From Patescibacteria group bacterium (GTDB taxonomy: Bacteria; Patescibacteriota; Patescibacteriia; Patescibacteriales; JBAZCA01), in NCBI GenBank assembly GCA_041661505.1, contig JBAZUF010000002.1:12201-76200 (forward strand): a stretch of DNA of 64,000 nucleotides. The letters run 5' to 3'. Below the pieces are notes generated by a model. The model searched no databases, had not been told where the DNA came from, and saw only the letters and a program-made list of their open reading frames with translations. Made by a program: the position numbers and the translations under genes. The first letter of the stretch is position 1; every line of letters starts with the position of its first letter. Of this stretch, positions 47,218-56,681 are shown piece after piece.

Positions 47218-47245
47218 ATTATCAAACTTATTGCTTTAGAGTCAA
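47218..47245 (-). promoter_or_regulatory. Sigma70-type promoter for recQ
   Basis: The minus strand reads TTGACT (47245-47240), a 16-nt spacer, then GATAAT (47223-47218). Confidence 0.55.
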
Positions 47246-47270
47246 AAAAACACCCCGTAAGGGTGATTTT
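47244..47270 (-). terminator. Rho-independent terminator of the glyA-folD operon
   Basis: On the minus strand the hairpin CACCC-TTACG-GGGTG is followed by TTTTTTT. Confidence 0.75.
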
Positions 47271-47314
47271 AATACCCAAAAATCTGTAAGCGCATCCGCT
47301 TTTCCGGGAAAAAA

Positions 47315-47536
47315 TTATTTTTCTATAACTTCAATCTCCCGATTACTACCCGGTACATTTCTCCTTCCCTCCATTTTTATCATTCTTCTGCCGCTCCCTG
47401 GCGTTTTAGTTTTTTCCGCAAGCCCCTCTTCATCGCTTACCCCGCTTTTTGAAAAAAGCTTGTCCAATTCTTTCCTGCTTTCTTCGCGTATTTGCTCGTA
47501 GCTTTTTGGTCGCGGCTTATCCAATCTATTTTCCAT
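47315..47536 (-). CDS. Hypothetical small basic protein
   Basis: 73 aa, starting 5 nt after the folD stop and followed by the operon terminator. It is low-complexity and charged. No family was recognised. Confidence 0.4.
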   Translation of the reverse strand: MENRLDKPRPKSYEQIREESRKELDKLFSKSGVSDEEGLAEKTKTPGSGRRMIKMEGRRNVPGSNREIEVIEK

Positions 47537-47541
47537 ATTAA

Positions 47542-48390
47542 TTATTTATTTCGCCTTTTTTTATGTAAATCCAATGTGTTGCGTAAAGTAATCGCTACTG
47601 TCATCGGTCCGACCCCGCCGGGAACCGGCGAGATATAGCCGTCCAAATCTTTAACGTCGGAAAAATCCACGTCGCCGTAAGTAAAGCCCTCTTCCCGGGT
47701 TATACCGACGTCGATGACCACCGCGCCGGGCTTTATCATTTCCTTTTTGATAAACTTCGGCCGGCCGATTACCGGGATTAAAACGTCAGCCTGCGAAGCC
47801 TTGGCAATCAATTCCGGGTCGTCCGGGTGGACTTTTTCGGCGACGGCGCCTTTGCACTTAAAAATTTTGGCTAAATTGCCGCCGAAAATTTCCGATTTGG
47901 AAACTACAACGACTTTTTTTCCTTTTAAATCAAACTTAAGGCTCTTTAGCATGTCAAAGATAACGCCGTAAACCGGGGGCAGGATATGCTCATCGCTACA
48001 GGCAGTAACTATGGGCTCAATATTTTTCGGATGGAAGCAATCAACGTCTTTTTCCGGGCTGATTTTGGTTATAATTTCATCGGTATTATAACCTCCCTCT
48101 TTAGGCAAGGGGAGCTGGAGTAAAATCGCGTCAACCGCGTCGTCCTTATTTAAAAATTCAATCATCTCGACGAGCTTAGCCTCGCCCATATCGGCATCGC
48201 ATTTATAAAAATGGGTGTCGACCCCGACTTTTTTACTGGCTTCCAGCTTTTTTTTAACGTATATCTTTGAATCAGGATTTTCGCCGACTAAAATTACCGC
48301 TAGATTCGGCCGGGACCCGAGTTTTAATATTTCCGCCACGGTCGCGTCATTGATTTTCTCCGCTAATTGTTTTCCGTCGATTATTTTCAT
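47542..48390 (-). CDS. folD: Bifunctional methylenetetrahydrofolate dehydrogenase/cyclohydrolase
   Basis: The start is probably MKIIDGKQLAEKI (48390; the track ORF starts at 48405). Conserved blocks include the LQLPLP motif, VIGRPKF and PGGVGPMT. Confidence 0.93.
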   Translation of the reverse strand: MKIIDGKQLAEKINDATVAEILKLGSRPNLAVILVGENPDSKIYVKKKLEASKKVGVDTHFYKCDADMGEAKLVEMIEFLNKDDAVDAILLQLPLPKEGGYNTDEIITKISPEKDVDCFHPKNIEPIVTACSDEHILPPVYGVIFDMLKSLKFDLKGKKVVVVSKSEIFGGNLAKIFKCKGAVAEKVHPDDPELIAKASQADVLIPVIGRPKFIKKEMIKPGAVVIDVGITREEGFTYGDVDFSDVKDLDGYISPVPGGVGPMTVAITLRNTLDLHKKRRNK

Positions 48391-48445
48391 GCGATAAAAA
48401 CACACTCTTTAAGATTCTTGGCCATGTGCTGTTATAAGTAATTTA

Positions 48446-49690
48446 TTATACGCTTGGGATGGGGAAGGCTAGGCACATTTCGCGCACTTCTTTTCTTATC
48501 TGTTCTAGAACATCCGGTTCGTCCCTGTGCTCAATTGCCGCGTTAATCCAGGTTGCTACTTTAATTATTTCCTTTTCTTTCATTCCCCGGCTGGTAATAG
48601 CCGGCGTGCCGAAGCGGACGCCGGAAGGATTCATCGGCGGGTTGGGGTCGTTGGGGATAGTTGACCGGCTTACAGAAATTCCGACTTTTTCAAGAACAAT
48701 CTCGGCGTCTTTTCCCCGCAAATTTTTTGAAGCCATATCAACCACCATCAAATGGTTGTCGGTTCCGCCCGATACTATAGTGTAGCCGCATTTTTTAAAT
48801 TCTTCGGCCATAACCTGGGCATTTTTTATCACTTGTCCGGCATATTCCTTAAAGTCAGGCTGTAAGGCTTCTCCAAAAGCTACCGCCTTGGCCGCCTGGA
48901 TGTGGTCGTGCGGGCCGCCTTGCATGCCGGGAAAAACCGCCCGGTCCACCTGCTTGGCAAACTGCTCTTTGCACATAATCATCGCTCCTCTTGGGCCGCG
49001 CAAAGTCTTATGGGTAGTCGTGGAAACCACGTCAAAAAACGGGACAGGATTATTCATATGCCCTCCGGCGATAAGCCCGGCAGTATGGGCAACATCGGCA
49101 AATGTAAAAGCGCCAACCTCATCGGCAATATCTTTAAACTTCTTCCAATCGATTTCCCGCGAATAAGCGCTATAGCCGGCGACGATCATTTTCGGTTTTT
49201 CCCGCAAAGCCACCTCTCTTACCTGGTCCATATCCAGCCGGCCGGTTTCCGGATTGACCTCATATTGGACAAAATTATAGAGCATGCCGGAAAAATTCAC
49301 CGGATGGCCGTGGGATAAATGGCCGCCGTGGTCCAGGCGCAGTCCTAATACCTTTTCTCCCGGCTTCAGAAAAGCAAAGTAAACCGCGGCATTGGCCGGC
49401 GAACCGGATAGGGGCTGGACGTTTATATGTTCGGCGCCGAATAATTTTTTCGCCCGTTCTATGGCGATATTATCCACCTCGTCAATAATTTGATTTCCGC
49501 CGTAATAGCGATGGCCGCTATAGCCTTCGGAGTACTTGTTAGTTAAAACAGTGCTCATCGCTTCTAAAACCGCTTTGGACGCGTAGTTTTCCGAAGCAAT
49601 AAGCTCCATTTCTTCAGTCTGCCGCAGAATCTCCTTTCTAATCGCTTTCATTATTTCCGGATCCTGTTTTGATAGATTTGGATAATCCAT
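48446..49690 (-). CDS. glyA: Serine hydroxymethyltransferase
   Basis: 414 aa with the PLP-lysine block TTTHKTLRGPRG, plus SGSPANAAVY and HLMVVD. Confidence 0.97.
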   Translation of the reverse strand: MDYPNLSKQDPEIMKAIRKEILRQTEEMELIASENYASKAVLEAMSTVLTNKYSEGYSGHRYYGGNQIIDEVDNIAIERAKKLFGAEHINVQPLSGSPANAAVYFAFLKPGEKVLGLRLDHGGHLSHGHPVNFSGMLYNFVQYEVNPETGRLDMDQVREVALREKPKMIVAGYSAYSREIDWKKFKDIADEVGAFTFADVAHTAGLIAGGHMNNPVPFFDVVSTTTHKTLRGPRGAMIMCKEQFAKQVDRAVFPGMQGGPHDHIQAAKAVAFGEALQPDFKEYAGQVIKNAQVMAEEFKKCGYTIVSGGTDNHLMVVDMASKNLRGKDAEIVLEKVGISVSRSTIPNDPNPPMNPSGVRFGTPAITSRGMKEKEIIKVATWINAAIEHRDEPDVLEQIRKEVREMCLAFPIPSV

Positions 49691-49938
49691 AATCGTTATG
49701 AGCTCTCCCCGAATGATGCGGGGCGGGCGAATTAGATTATATTATTGATATAATTTTTTATAAGTCATCTTTTTTAATCCCTTCCACCAATCGGTAAATT
49801 TCGTACGCCGCATTTCTCGAAATCAGTAATCTCAAAAATAAAATTTGCCAGGTTCTTGGCTTTCATTATTTTTAAAGAGGTTTATATAACTTCAACCTAT
49901 CAAAATAATGCTAAGGTGTCAAAAAAGATATTAATTCT

Positions 49939-51348
49939 CTAGCGGCCGAATAACTTCTTTTTTCTAAGCAGTTTGTGGTAGGAAATGGCGAACCGGTGGG
50001 CTTCGTCGCGGACGCGCTTGATTAGGTGCAGGGCCGGTGAAGCAAGCGGCAATTCCAGGGCGGTTTTTTCTCCGGCAAAAAATAATTTGTCCGGCGCTTT
50101 GGCCGAACGCAATCCGTCGCCTTTGGAAATGGCGATTACCGGGATATCTAATTTATATTTTTTCAGTACCCGGCTGGCGACATTCAGCTGGGCTTTGCCG
50201 CCGTCGATAATTATCAAGTCAGGCAGAGGCCAGGATTTTTCGGCATCTCTCGGGCTGGCCGGTTTCTTGTTTTCAGAGCCAGCTTTGGCTGCGGCATAGC
50301 GCCTAAACCGCCGCTCCAAAATCTCTTCCAGCATTTTTATATCCCCGCCGCGGGCCTTTAAGAAACTAAAGTCCAGCTCCTGGGCCTTGATTCTAAACTT
50401 GCGGTACTGGCTTCGCTCCGCTTCGCCGCCGGAAAAAACTACCATAGATCCCACCGCCTCCAGGCCAAAAGTATTAGATACGTCATAGCCTTCAATTCGG
50501 TCCGGAACTTTTGGCAGGCGGAGCAGTTTAGCCAGCTCGACTACATCGTTTAAATATTTTTCTCCGACCGTTATCACTTTAGACATCTCTAAAACTCTTT
50601 CAATATTTAAAAGCCGGAAATTAAAAAGCTCCAGCTTTTTTTCCCAAGCCAGCCTTTGTTCGTCCGGCAATTCTTCTTTTAATTTTTTTCCCGCCGCCCG
50701 GATTTCTTTTTTTAAATCCCGGACAATGTCTTTTTTCCGGCCTTCCAGAAAACGGATCACCTGCCGGATATATTCCAAATATTCCTTGCGGGTAATTTTT
50801 TCCTCGCACGCGCCCTGGCATTTGCCCACATGATAATAAAGGCACGCTCTTTTCGGCAGCCGGGAACAGGACCGATAGGGCCAGATCCGCCGGATTAATT
50901 TTAGGGTTTGCCGGACCGATTCTCCGGAAGTAAAAGGGCCGAAATAGCGTCCAGCTTTATCGATGGTTCTGGCCGAATAAACCCGCGGCCATTCTTCTTC
51001 AGTCGAAACTTTTATATAGGAAAAACGCTTATCATCGCGCAGGAGCACGTTGTATTTTGGATGATGTTTTTTTATCAAATTGGCCTCAAGCAGAAACGCT
51101 TCCACCTCGCTCTCCACCCATATCCATTTTATTTTTGCAATCTCCAAAACCATTTGCTCTTTCATGGGATTTAATTGCGAACTTTTTTGCCAGTACGAAA
51201 GTACCCGGCTTTTTAAATTAACGGCCTTGCCGATATATATAATTTCTCCAACGGCATTAAAAAAAAGATAACAGCCGGGCGACGCAAGAAGCTTGTATTT
51301 TTTTACTTGTTTTATGTCCATACAGGTTATTTTTATCACTTCCGCCAA
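49939..51348 (-). CDS. uvrC: Excinuclease ABC subunit C (short form, no C-terminal HhH domain)
   Basis: GIY-YIG block GCYLFFNAVGEIIYIGKAVNLKSRV and Cys cluster CSRLPKRACLYYHVGKCQGAC are present. The ORF ends about 15 aa after RDEAHRFAISYH. The real start may be MDIKQ at 51321. Confidence 0.85.
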   Translation of the reverse strand: MAEVIKITCMDIKQVKKYKLLASPGCYLFFNAVGEIIYIGKAVNLKSRVLSYWQKSSQLNPMKEQMVLEIAKIKWIWVESEVEAFLLEANLIKKHHPKYNVLLRDDKRFSYIKVSTEEEWPRVYSARTIDKAGRYFGPFTSGESVRQTLKLIRRIWPYRSCSRLPKRACLYYHVGKCQGACEEKITRKEYLEYIRQVIRFLEGRKKDIVRDLKKEIRAAGKKLKEELPDEQRLAWEKKLELFNFRLLNIERVLEMSKVITVGEKYLNDVVELAKLLRLPKVPDRIEGYDVSNTFGLEAVGSMVVFSGGEAERSQYRKFRIKAQELDFSFLKARGGDIKMLEEILERRFRRYAAAKAGSENKKPASPRDAEKSWPLPDLIIIDGGKAQLNVASRVLKKYKLDIPVIAISKGDGLRSAKAPDKLFFAGEKTALELPLASPALHLIKRVRDEAHRFAISYHKLLRKKKLFGR

Positions 51349-51431
51349 TAAAAAACAACCTCAATATTTGAGATTGTCTTTCGTGATACAAGCTCTTTCG
51401 GAGATTCTTCCGCCTACTCCCCGGACTAAAC

Positions 51432-51608
51432 TTAATCGACGGTTATCGCTTGAACCGGGCAGCTTTCCGCCGCCAATTTGCCGCACTCGGCGTTTCCCTG
51501 GCTAACCACTTCCGATTTTCCCGTATCGGCGTTTAATTTAAAAACGTCCGGGCACAGGCTCTCGCAAGCTCCGCAGCCGATGCAGGTTTCTTGGTTGACT
51601 TTGATCAT
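51432..51608 (-). CDS. Small single-cluster ferredoxin (58 aa; below the ORF-track cutoff)
   Basis: Hand translation gives MIKVNQETCIGCGACESLCPDVFKLNADTGKSEVVSQGNAECGKLAAESCPVQAITVD*. It has a CxxCxxC...CP motif plus a distal C...CP. Confidence 0.8.
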   Translation of the reverse strand: MIKVNQETCIGCGACESLCPDVFKLNADTGKSEVVSQGNAECGKLAAESCPVQAITVD

Positions 51609-51668
51609 AGCGATGTAATATTTACGTTTAATAAGCCTAAATACATTTTATAACAATAAAAACAAAAA

Positions 51669-51866
51669 TCAACCTTCATGGACTTTTCCCATCATCATTT
51701 GTTTGATTCCCATCTCCGATTTATCGGCCATCATCTCCTTCATTTTATCGGCGTGGGCGGTTTTCGCGTGCTCCATCATATTGTCGGCCACCTCTTCCTT
51801 GGTATTGCCCCTAGATACGTAATGGCAGCTATTTTCTCCCAGGTCGGCGCAAGATAGCATCTTCAT
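51669..51866 (-). CDS. DUF1059-like small protein
   Basis: 65 aa. MKMLSCADLGENSCHYVSRGNTKEEVADNMMEHAKTAH matches the DUF1059 pattern (C-x-D-x-G-x2-C...G-x-T-x-E-E). The C-terminal half is Met-rich. Confidence 0.7.
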   Translation of the reverse strand: MKMLSCADLGENSCHYVSRGNTKEEVADNMMEHAKTAHADKMKEMMADKSEMGIKQMMMGKVHEG

Positions 51867-51981
51867 AAATTTAGTAAATTATCAACGCCAGCTTTCTGGC
51901 AATTGAATAATTTTCATTAAAGTTAACAGTGCTTCCTAAGACGCCGGACCGGGATTTCAATTACATTGGCGCGTTTTCGCT

Positions 51982-52010
51982 TTGACAACCAGGCGTTTTT
52001 TTAATAGAAT
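51982..52010 (+). promoter_or_regulatory. Sigma70-type promoter for proS
   Basis: TTGACA (51982-51987), a 17-nt spacer, then TAGAAT (52005-52010). The roughly 70-nt leader contains the hairpin gggaaatggct...agccattccc (about 52045-52074). Confidence 0.65.
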
Positions 52011-52087
52011 TCAAGCATATATCAGATGATAAATCTCATTTGCCGGGAAATGGCTGGACGAAAGCCATTCCCTGGCCCGCATCGGCT

Positions 52088-53323
52088 ATGAAACAATCTA
52101 AACTTTTCACCAAAACTTCGAAACAGGCGCCCTCGGAGGAAACCAGTTTTAACGCCCGGGCGCTCATTCAGGCCGGCTTTATTAATAAAGAAATGGCGGG
52201 AATATATGATTTCTTGCCGCTGGGGTTAAGAGTCCTTGAGAAAATTATCGCCATTATCCGCGAGGAGATGAATAAAATCGGCGCCCAGGAAGTATTGCTG
52301 ACGGCTCTGCAAAACCCGGAACTTTGGAAGAAAACCAACCGCTGGGATGACGCGGTTTATGACGTCTGGTTTAAAACCAAATTGAAAAATGACACCGAGC
52401 TGGGATTAGCGACGACGCACGAAGAGCCGCTTACCAACCTGCTGAAAAAGCATATTTCCTCTTACAAAGATTTGCCAAAATGCGTTTACCAGTTTCAAAC
52501 GAAATTCAGAAACGAAGCCCGGGCCAAATCCGGCCTGATGCGCCTTAGGGAATTTATAATGAAAGACGCTTACTCATTCCACGCCGATGAAAAAGGCCTG
52601 GACGAATATTACGAAAAAGCCAAAGCCGCCTATACTAATATTTTTAAACGGCTGGGATTGGGTGAAAAAACCTATATGACTTTTGCTTCAGGCGGAACTT
52701 TTTCCAAATATTCCCACGAGTTTCAAACCTTGACCGGCGCCGGAGAAGACACAATCTACATTTGCGAAAAGTGCCATGTGGCCATTAACCGGGAAATTAT
52801 CGAAGATGTTAAGCACGCCTGCACCGAATGCGGCAATAAGGATTTAAAGGAAGAAAAGGCCGTGGAAGTCGGAAATATCTTTAAACTCAAAACCAAATAT
52901 TCAAAACCGCTCGGACTTAGTTTTATGAATATGTCAGGCCAGCCTAATGACGTTGTTATGGGCTGCTACGGCATCGGCCCGCAAAGGGTGATGGGTACGA
53001 TAGTCGAGGTATTGCACGATGACAAAGGCATTATCTGGCCGGAAGCCATCGCCCCGTTCAAAGTCCATCTGGTGAGCCTCAACAAAGATGAAGAGGCGGA
53101 AAAAATCTATAATGATTTGGTTCAGGCGGGAATCGAGGTCTTATATGACGACCGCGATCTTACGGCCGGCGAAAAATTCGCTGACTCGGACTTAATCGGT
53201 TTGCCTTACCGGATAATAGTAAGCGAAAAATCAATTAAGGGCGGCGGGGTGGAAATAAAAAAAAGAAGCGAGGCTAAAGGCAGTATAGTTAAAGAAAAAG
53301 ATATCCTTGAAACCATAAAATAA
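52088..53323 (+). CDS. proS: Prolyl-tRNA synthetase (bacterial-type, without the large INS editing domain)
   Basis: The start is probably MKQSKLF (52088; the track ORF starts at 52040 inside the leader hairpin). It has class II motifs (FRNEARAKSGLMRLREF, GCYGIGPQRV) and a C-terminal anticodon-binding domain. At about 411 aa it is too short to hold an INS domain. Confidence 0.88.
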   Translation: MKQSKLFTKTSKQAPSEETSFNARALIQAGFINKEMAGIYDFLPLGLRVLEKIIAIIREEMNKIGAQEVLLTALQNPELWKKTNRWDDAVYDVWFKTKLKNDTELGLATTHEEPLTNLLKKHISSYKDLPKCVYQFQTKFRNEARAKSGLMRLREFIMKDAYSFHADEKGLDEYYEKAKAAYTNIFKRLGLGEKTYMTFASGGTFSKYSHEFQTLTGAGEDTIYICEKCHVAINREIIEDVKHACTECGNKDLKEEKAVEVGNIFKLKTKYSKPLGLSFMNMSGQPNDVVMGCYGIGPQRVMGTIVEVLHDDKGIIWPEAIAPFKVHLVSLNKDEEAEKIYNDLVQAGIEVLYDDRDLTAGEKFADSDLIGLPYRIIVSEKSIKGGGVEIKKRSEAKGSIVKEKDILETIK

Positions 53324-53359
53324 ACCGATATCGGGGCGCCGCCGGTGCCCCTTTTATTT

Positions 53360-54157
53360 ATGAAAAAGAAAAAAAAGCATCTGACTATCGGGATTTTCGG
53401 CTTTGGCAATATGGGCCAGGCGATTTTTAAATCATTAAAAGCCAGTAAAGACTTTAAAAGCTCCGGATTCTACATTCACTCTATTAATACCATCCGGGTC
53501 AAAGGCGCGAAATGCGCTGCGAGCCTTTTAGCGCTCATTCAAAAATCCGATGTTATTTTTTTATGCATCAAGCCGCAGGACTTTAAAACTTTAGCGGCAA
53601 TAAAATTAAAAGAAAAAAATAAAATATTCATTTCTATAATGGCCGGCATAAAAACAGCCGAAATAAGCCGGACAACCGGCTCGAAAAAAGTCATCCGCAC
53701 CATGCCCAACCTGGCCTTGCGGGTGGGCGAGAGCATGACCGGCTGGCACGCCGGCAAAAAAAACTTCACCTCATCCGAACTGCGGCTAGTTAACCAGCTC
53801 CTTAATGCTTTTGGCCAGGAAATATTTTTGAATGATGAGAAAAAAATCGACGCTTTGTCGGCCGTTTCCGGGTGCGGGCCGGCTTATGTTTTCCTTTTTA
53901 TGGATGCGCTTATCCAGGCGGCGGTAAAGCTCGGATTTAAAAAAGACGAGGCAAAAATTCTTGTCCGCCAAAGCGTCGCCGGCTCGCTATTATATTCGCA
54001 AGAGGAAGAAAACTTGCCGCTTTTAATTAAAAGGGTGACTTCAAAAAAAGGAATCACCGAAGCGGCCTTAAAAAGCTTAGGCACAGATCATTTCTATAAA
54101 AATTGGGAAAAAGCCCTAAAAAAAGCCTATGAAAGAGCCGGGGAATTATCCAAGTAA
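53360..54157 (+). CDS. proC: Pyrroline-5-carboxylate reductase
   Basis: Rossmann motif IGIFGFGNMGQAI, followed by RTMPNLALRVGESMTG and SGCGPAYVFLFMDAL. The ATG at 53360 is preferred over the track start at 53345. Confidence 0.85.
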   Translation: MKKKKKHLTIGIFGFGNMGQAIFKSLKASKDFKSSGFYIHSINTIRVKGAKCAASLLALIQKSDVIFLCIKPQDFKTLAAIKLKEKNKIFISIMAGIKTAEISRTTGSKKVIRTMPNLALRVGESMTGWHAGKKNFTSSELRLVNQLLNAFGQEIFLNDEKKIDALSAVSGCGPAYVFLFMDALIQAAVKLGFKKDEAKILVRQSVAGSLLYSQEEENLPLLIKRVTSKKGITEAALKSLGTDHFYKNWEKALKKAYERAGELSK

Positions 54158-55409
54158 AATTGATAAGAGTATTGACCTCGCTAAAAGAGCTTCGGTTGGT
54201 CTGCAAAATTTAACCTCCAGGCAAAAAAATCAGGTGTTAAACTCCCTGGCTGATATTTTGTTAAAAAATGCCAGCAGTATTATTGGCGCCAATAATAAAG
54301 ATATCCGGGCGGCAAAGTCGGAGGGAAAAATTCCGAGTTTTATCGAACGCTTGGCATTAGATCGGGAAAAAATAAGAAGCATGGCCCGTTCATTAAAAGA
54401 AGTGGCCAAACTGCCGGACTATGTCGGCCGGGTAATGGAGGAGAAAAACCGCCCATCGGGAATTCGCCTTAAAAAAATCCGGGTGCCTTTGGGCTTGGTA
54501 GCTATAATATATGAATCCCGTCCGAACGTAACCGTTGACGCTTTTGCCCTAGCCTTCAAGAGCTCCAATGCCGTAATCTTAAAAGGCGGAAAAGAAATAA
54601 AAAACACCAACCGGGTTTTAGCCAGCTTAATTAAGAATCTTTTGAAAAAAAATGGAATTAATCCGAACGCGGCAATGGATATGAGCGGGATTAAAAAAAC
54701 TGAAACAAAAAAATTATTAGCCAATAAAAATATTGACTGCCTGATTCCCCGAGGCGGCAGAGGCTTAATAGAATTCGTCCGCGAGAACGCCAAAGTCCCG
54801 GTAATAATGACCGGCGCTTCAGTAGTCCACGCTTATGTTGACGAGGAGGCGGATTTGGAGCTGGCGAAAAAAGTGATAATTAACGCCAAGACCAGAAGAG
54901 TGTCGATATGCAATGCCCTGGATATTTTACTCCTCAATAAAAAAGTCTGTGAGCCCATGTTAGAATTACTATCCGCGGATTTATCTAAAAAAAATGTTGA
55001 ACTGCGGGCGGATAAGGCAAGCTTTAGGATTTTAAAACAAATTAAATATCCAAAATTAAAACCAGTCAAACCGGCTGATTTTGATACGGAATTTTTGGAT
55101 TATATCTTGGCGATAAAAGTCGTAAATGACCTGGACGAAGCCCTGGAACATATTAGCGCGCACACTTTGGGCCATAGTGAAGCGATTATTACCACCTCAA
55201 AGAAAAAAGCAGATAAATTTTTTAAAGCCGTCGATGCCGCCTGCCTGTATTGGAACACCTCGACTCAATTTTCCGACGGCGGAGAATTCGGACTGGGCGC
55301 GGAGATCGGAATTTCGACCCAAAAACTCCATGCCCGCGGCCCCTTTGCCCATGAAGCTTTAACTACTTACAAATATTTGGCCGAAAGCAAAGGCAAAACA
55401 CGGAAATAA
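54129..55409 (+). CDS. proA: Gamma-glutamyl phosphate reductase
   Basis: 426 aa with IYESRPNVTVDA, the catalytic-Cys region ICNALDILLL and HSEAIIT. It overlaps proC by 29 nt. Confidence 0.9.
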   Translation: MKEPGNYPSKIDKSIDLAKRASVGLQNLTSRQKNQVLNSLADILLKNASSIIGANNKDIRAAKSEGKIPSFIERLALDREKIRSMARSLKEVAKLPDYVGRVMEEKNRPSGIRLKKIRVPLGLVAIIYESRPNVTVDAFALAFKSSNAVILKGGKEIKNTNRVLASLIKNLLKKNGINPNAAMDMSGIKKTETKKLLANKNIDCLIPRGGRGLIEFVRENAKVPVIMTGASVVHAYVDEEADLELAKKVIINAKTRRVSICNALDILLLNKKVCEPMLELLSADLSKKNVELRADKASFRILKQIKYPKLKPVKPADFDTEFLDYILAIKVVNDLDEALEHISAHTLGHSEAIITTSKKKADKFFKAVDAACLYWNTSTQFSDGGEFGLGAEIGISTQKLHARGPFAHEALTTYKYLAESKGKTRK

Positions 55410-55439
55410 CCGCCTCCCACCCCACATCCCGAGGCCTCG

Positions 55440-56564
55440 CTACTCAAAAGAAAAATAGTCGTAATGGATTACGATTTTTCTTCCACCCTCAATTTTTTCC
55501 CCTTCGGTATGGATATTTTTATAATCTTTAATCTCTCTTATTAGTTCGTCTTTCCCGTAGCGGCATTGCCCTTTTCCCAAGATCGTCCCGTCAACGTCGC
55601 AAACCGCGATAACGTCGCCTTTTTTAAAATTACCCTCGGCTTCTTCCACGCCCGACAATAGGATGGAGGAAAATTGCTTTGTCTTTAGAATATCTGAAAG
55701 ATAACAGCTGGTTACAATCTTTCCCTTGGGATGAGCGGCAACCGCCAGCCAGCTTTTTAACGGCTTAGCTTTTTTGGCCGAGGCTTTGAAGCGGGTTCCA
55801 ATTTTTTCGGCGCCGATAACCAGCCTTGATAGAATATCCGGCTCCGAGCCGCAAGCCACTATCATCTCAATTCCGAGGGCGCCGGCCTGCTCGGCAGTCA
55901 ATAACTTGCTTTTAATCCCTCCCCGGCCGACTTCGCTTTTCGTATTATCGACCGTCTTTAAAAGTTTTTTTATGTCAGTAACTTCATCTAAAAGCATCGC
56001 CTCCGGGTCTTTAGGGTTTTTATCATAAACCCCGGCCACGCTAGTCAATATTATCAATTTTTCGGCAATAAGCATGGCGGCCACCATAGCGGATAACTGG
56101 TCGTTATCCGAGAAGGCCAGCTCTTCGGAGGATAAAACGTCGTTTTCGTTAAAAATCGGAACAATGCCCAGATTCACCAAATTTTCGGTTACTGTCCTTA
56201 AGCTTAAATATTTTTTGCGGTCGGCAAAATCCGATCGGGTAACGAGGATTTGGGCGCAAGCAAGGCCGTGCTTTTTGAACTCTGCCTTGTAAACCGCCAT
56301 CAATTCCGGCTGTCCGACTGCCGCGAGAATCTGTTCGCGGACGATCGCCTTAGGCTGATTGCCCCAGCTAACTGAAAAATCGCCTTTAAGTTCCCGGGCG
56401 GTCCGGCCGCTCGCTACCGCTCCCGACGAAACTATTACAATGCGTTTTCCGGCCTGAATTACCCGGGAAACGTCGCTTACCAGGCCAGAGATTATCCCGG
56501 CATTTAAATTGCCGTCGCCCTTAGTTATAAGCTGCGACCCGATTTTCACGATAATTTTTTCCAT
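55440..56564 (-). CDS. proB: Glutamate 5-kinase with a C-terminal PUA domain
   Basis: 374 aa with VKIGSQLIT, VSSGAVASG and ENDVLS...FSDNDQLSA, plus a C-terminal PUA-like region. Confidence 0.9.
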   Translation of the reverse strand: MEKIIVKIGSQLITKGDGNLNAGIISGLVSDVSRVIQAGKRIVIVSSGAVASGRTARELKGDFSVSWGNQPKAIVREQILAAVGQPELMAVYKAEFKKHGLACAQILVTRSDFADRKKYLSLRTVTENLVNLGIVPIFNENDVLSSEELAFSDNDQLSAMVAAMLIAEKLIILTSVAGVYDKNPKDPEAMLLDEVTDIKKLLKTVDNTKSEVGRGGIKSKLLTAEQAGALGIEMIVACGSEPDILSRLVIGAEKIGTRFKASAKKAKPLKSWLAVAAHPKGKIVTSCYLSDILKTKQFSSILLSGVEEAEGNFKKGDVIAVCDVDGTILGKGQCRYGKDELIREIKDYKNIHTEGEKIEGGRKIVIHYDYFSFE

Positions 56565-56681
56565 GAGTTTGCCTGGGATTTAATTGGGGGTTTTTGATGT
56601 GGACGCGAGAGGGCTCCCCGCCTCATCGGCGGGCAGGGAACTTCTGGACTCTGATCTTGAAAAATCATCCTGTCAAATATG

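Noticed and set aside
49691-49938. Possible ZTP or THF riboswitch upstream of the glyA-folD operon
   Set aside because: Only a small hairpin (CCCCG-CATCATT-CGGGG) next to the SD was found. None of the conserved ZTP (pfl) or THF riboswitch sequence blocks I can recall are present.
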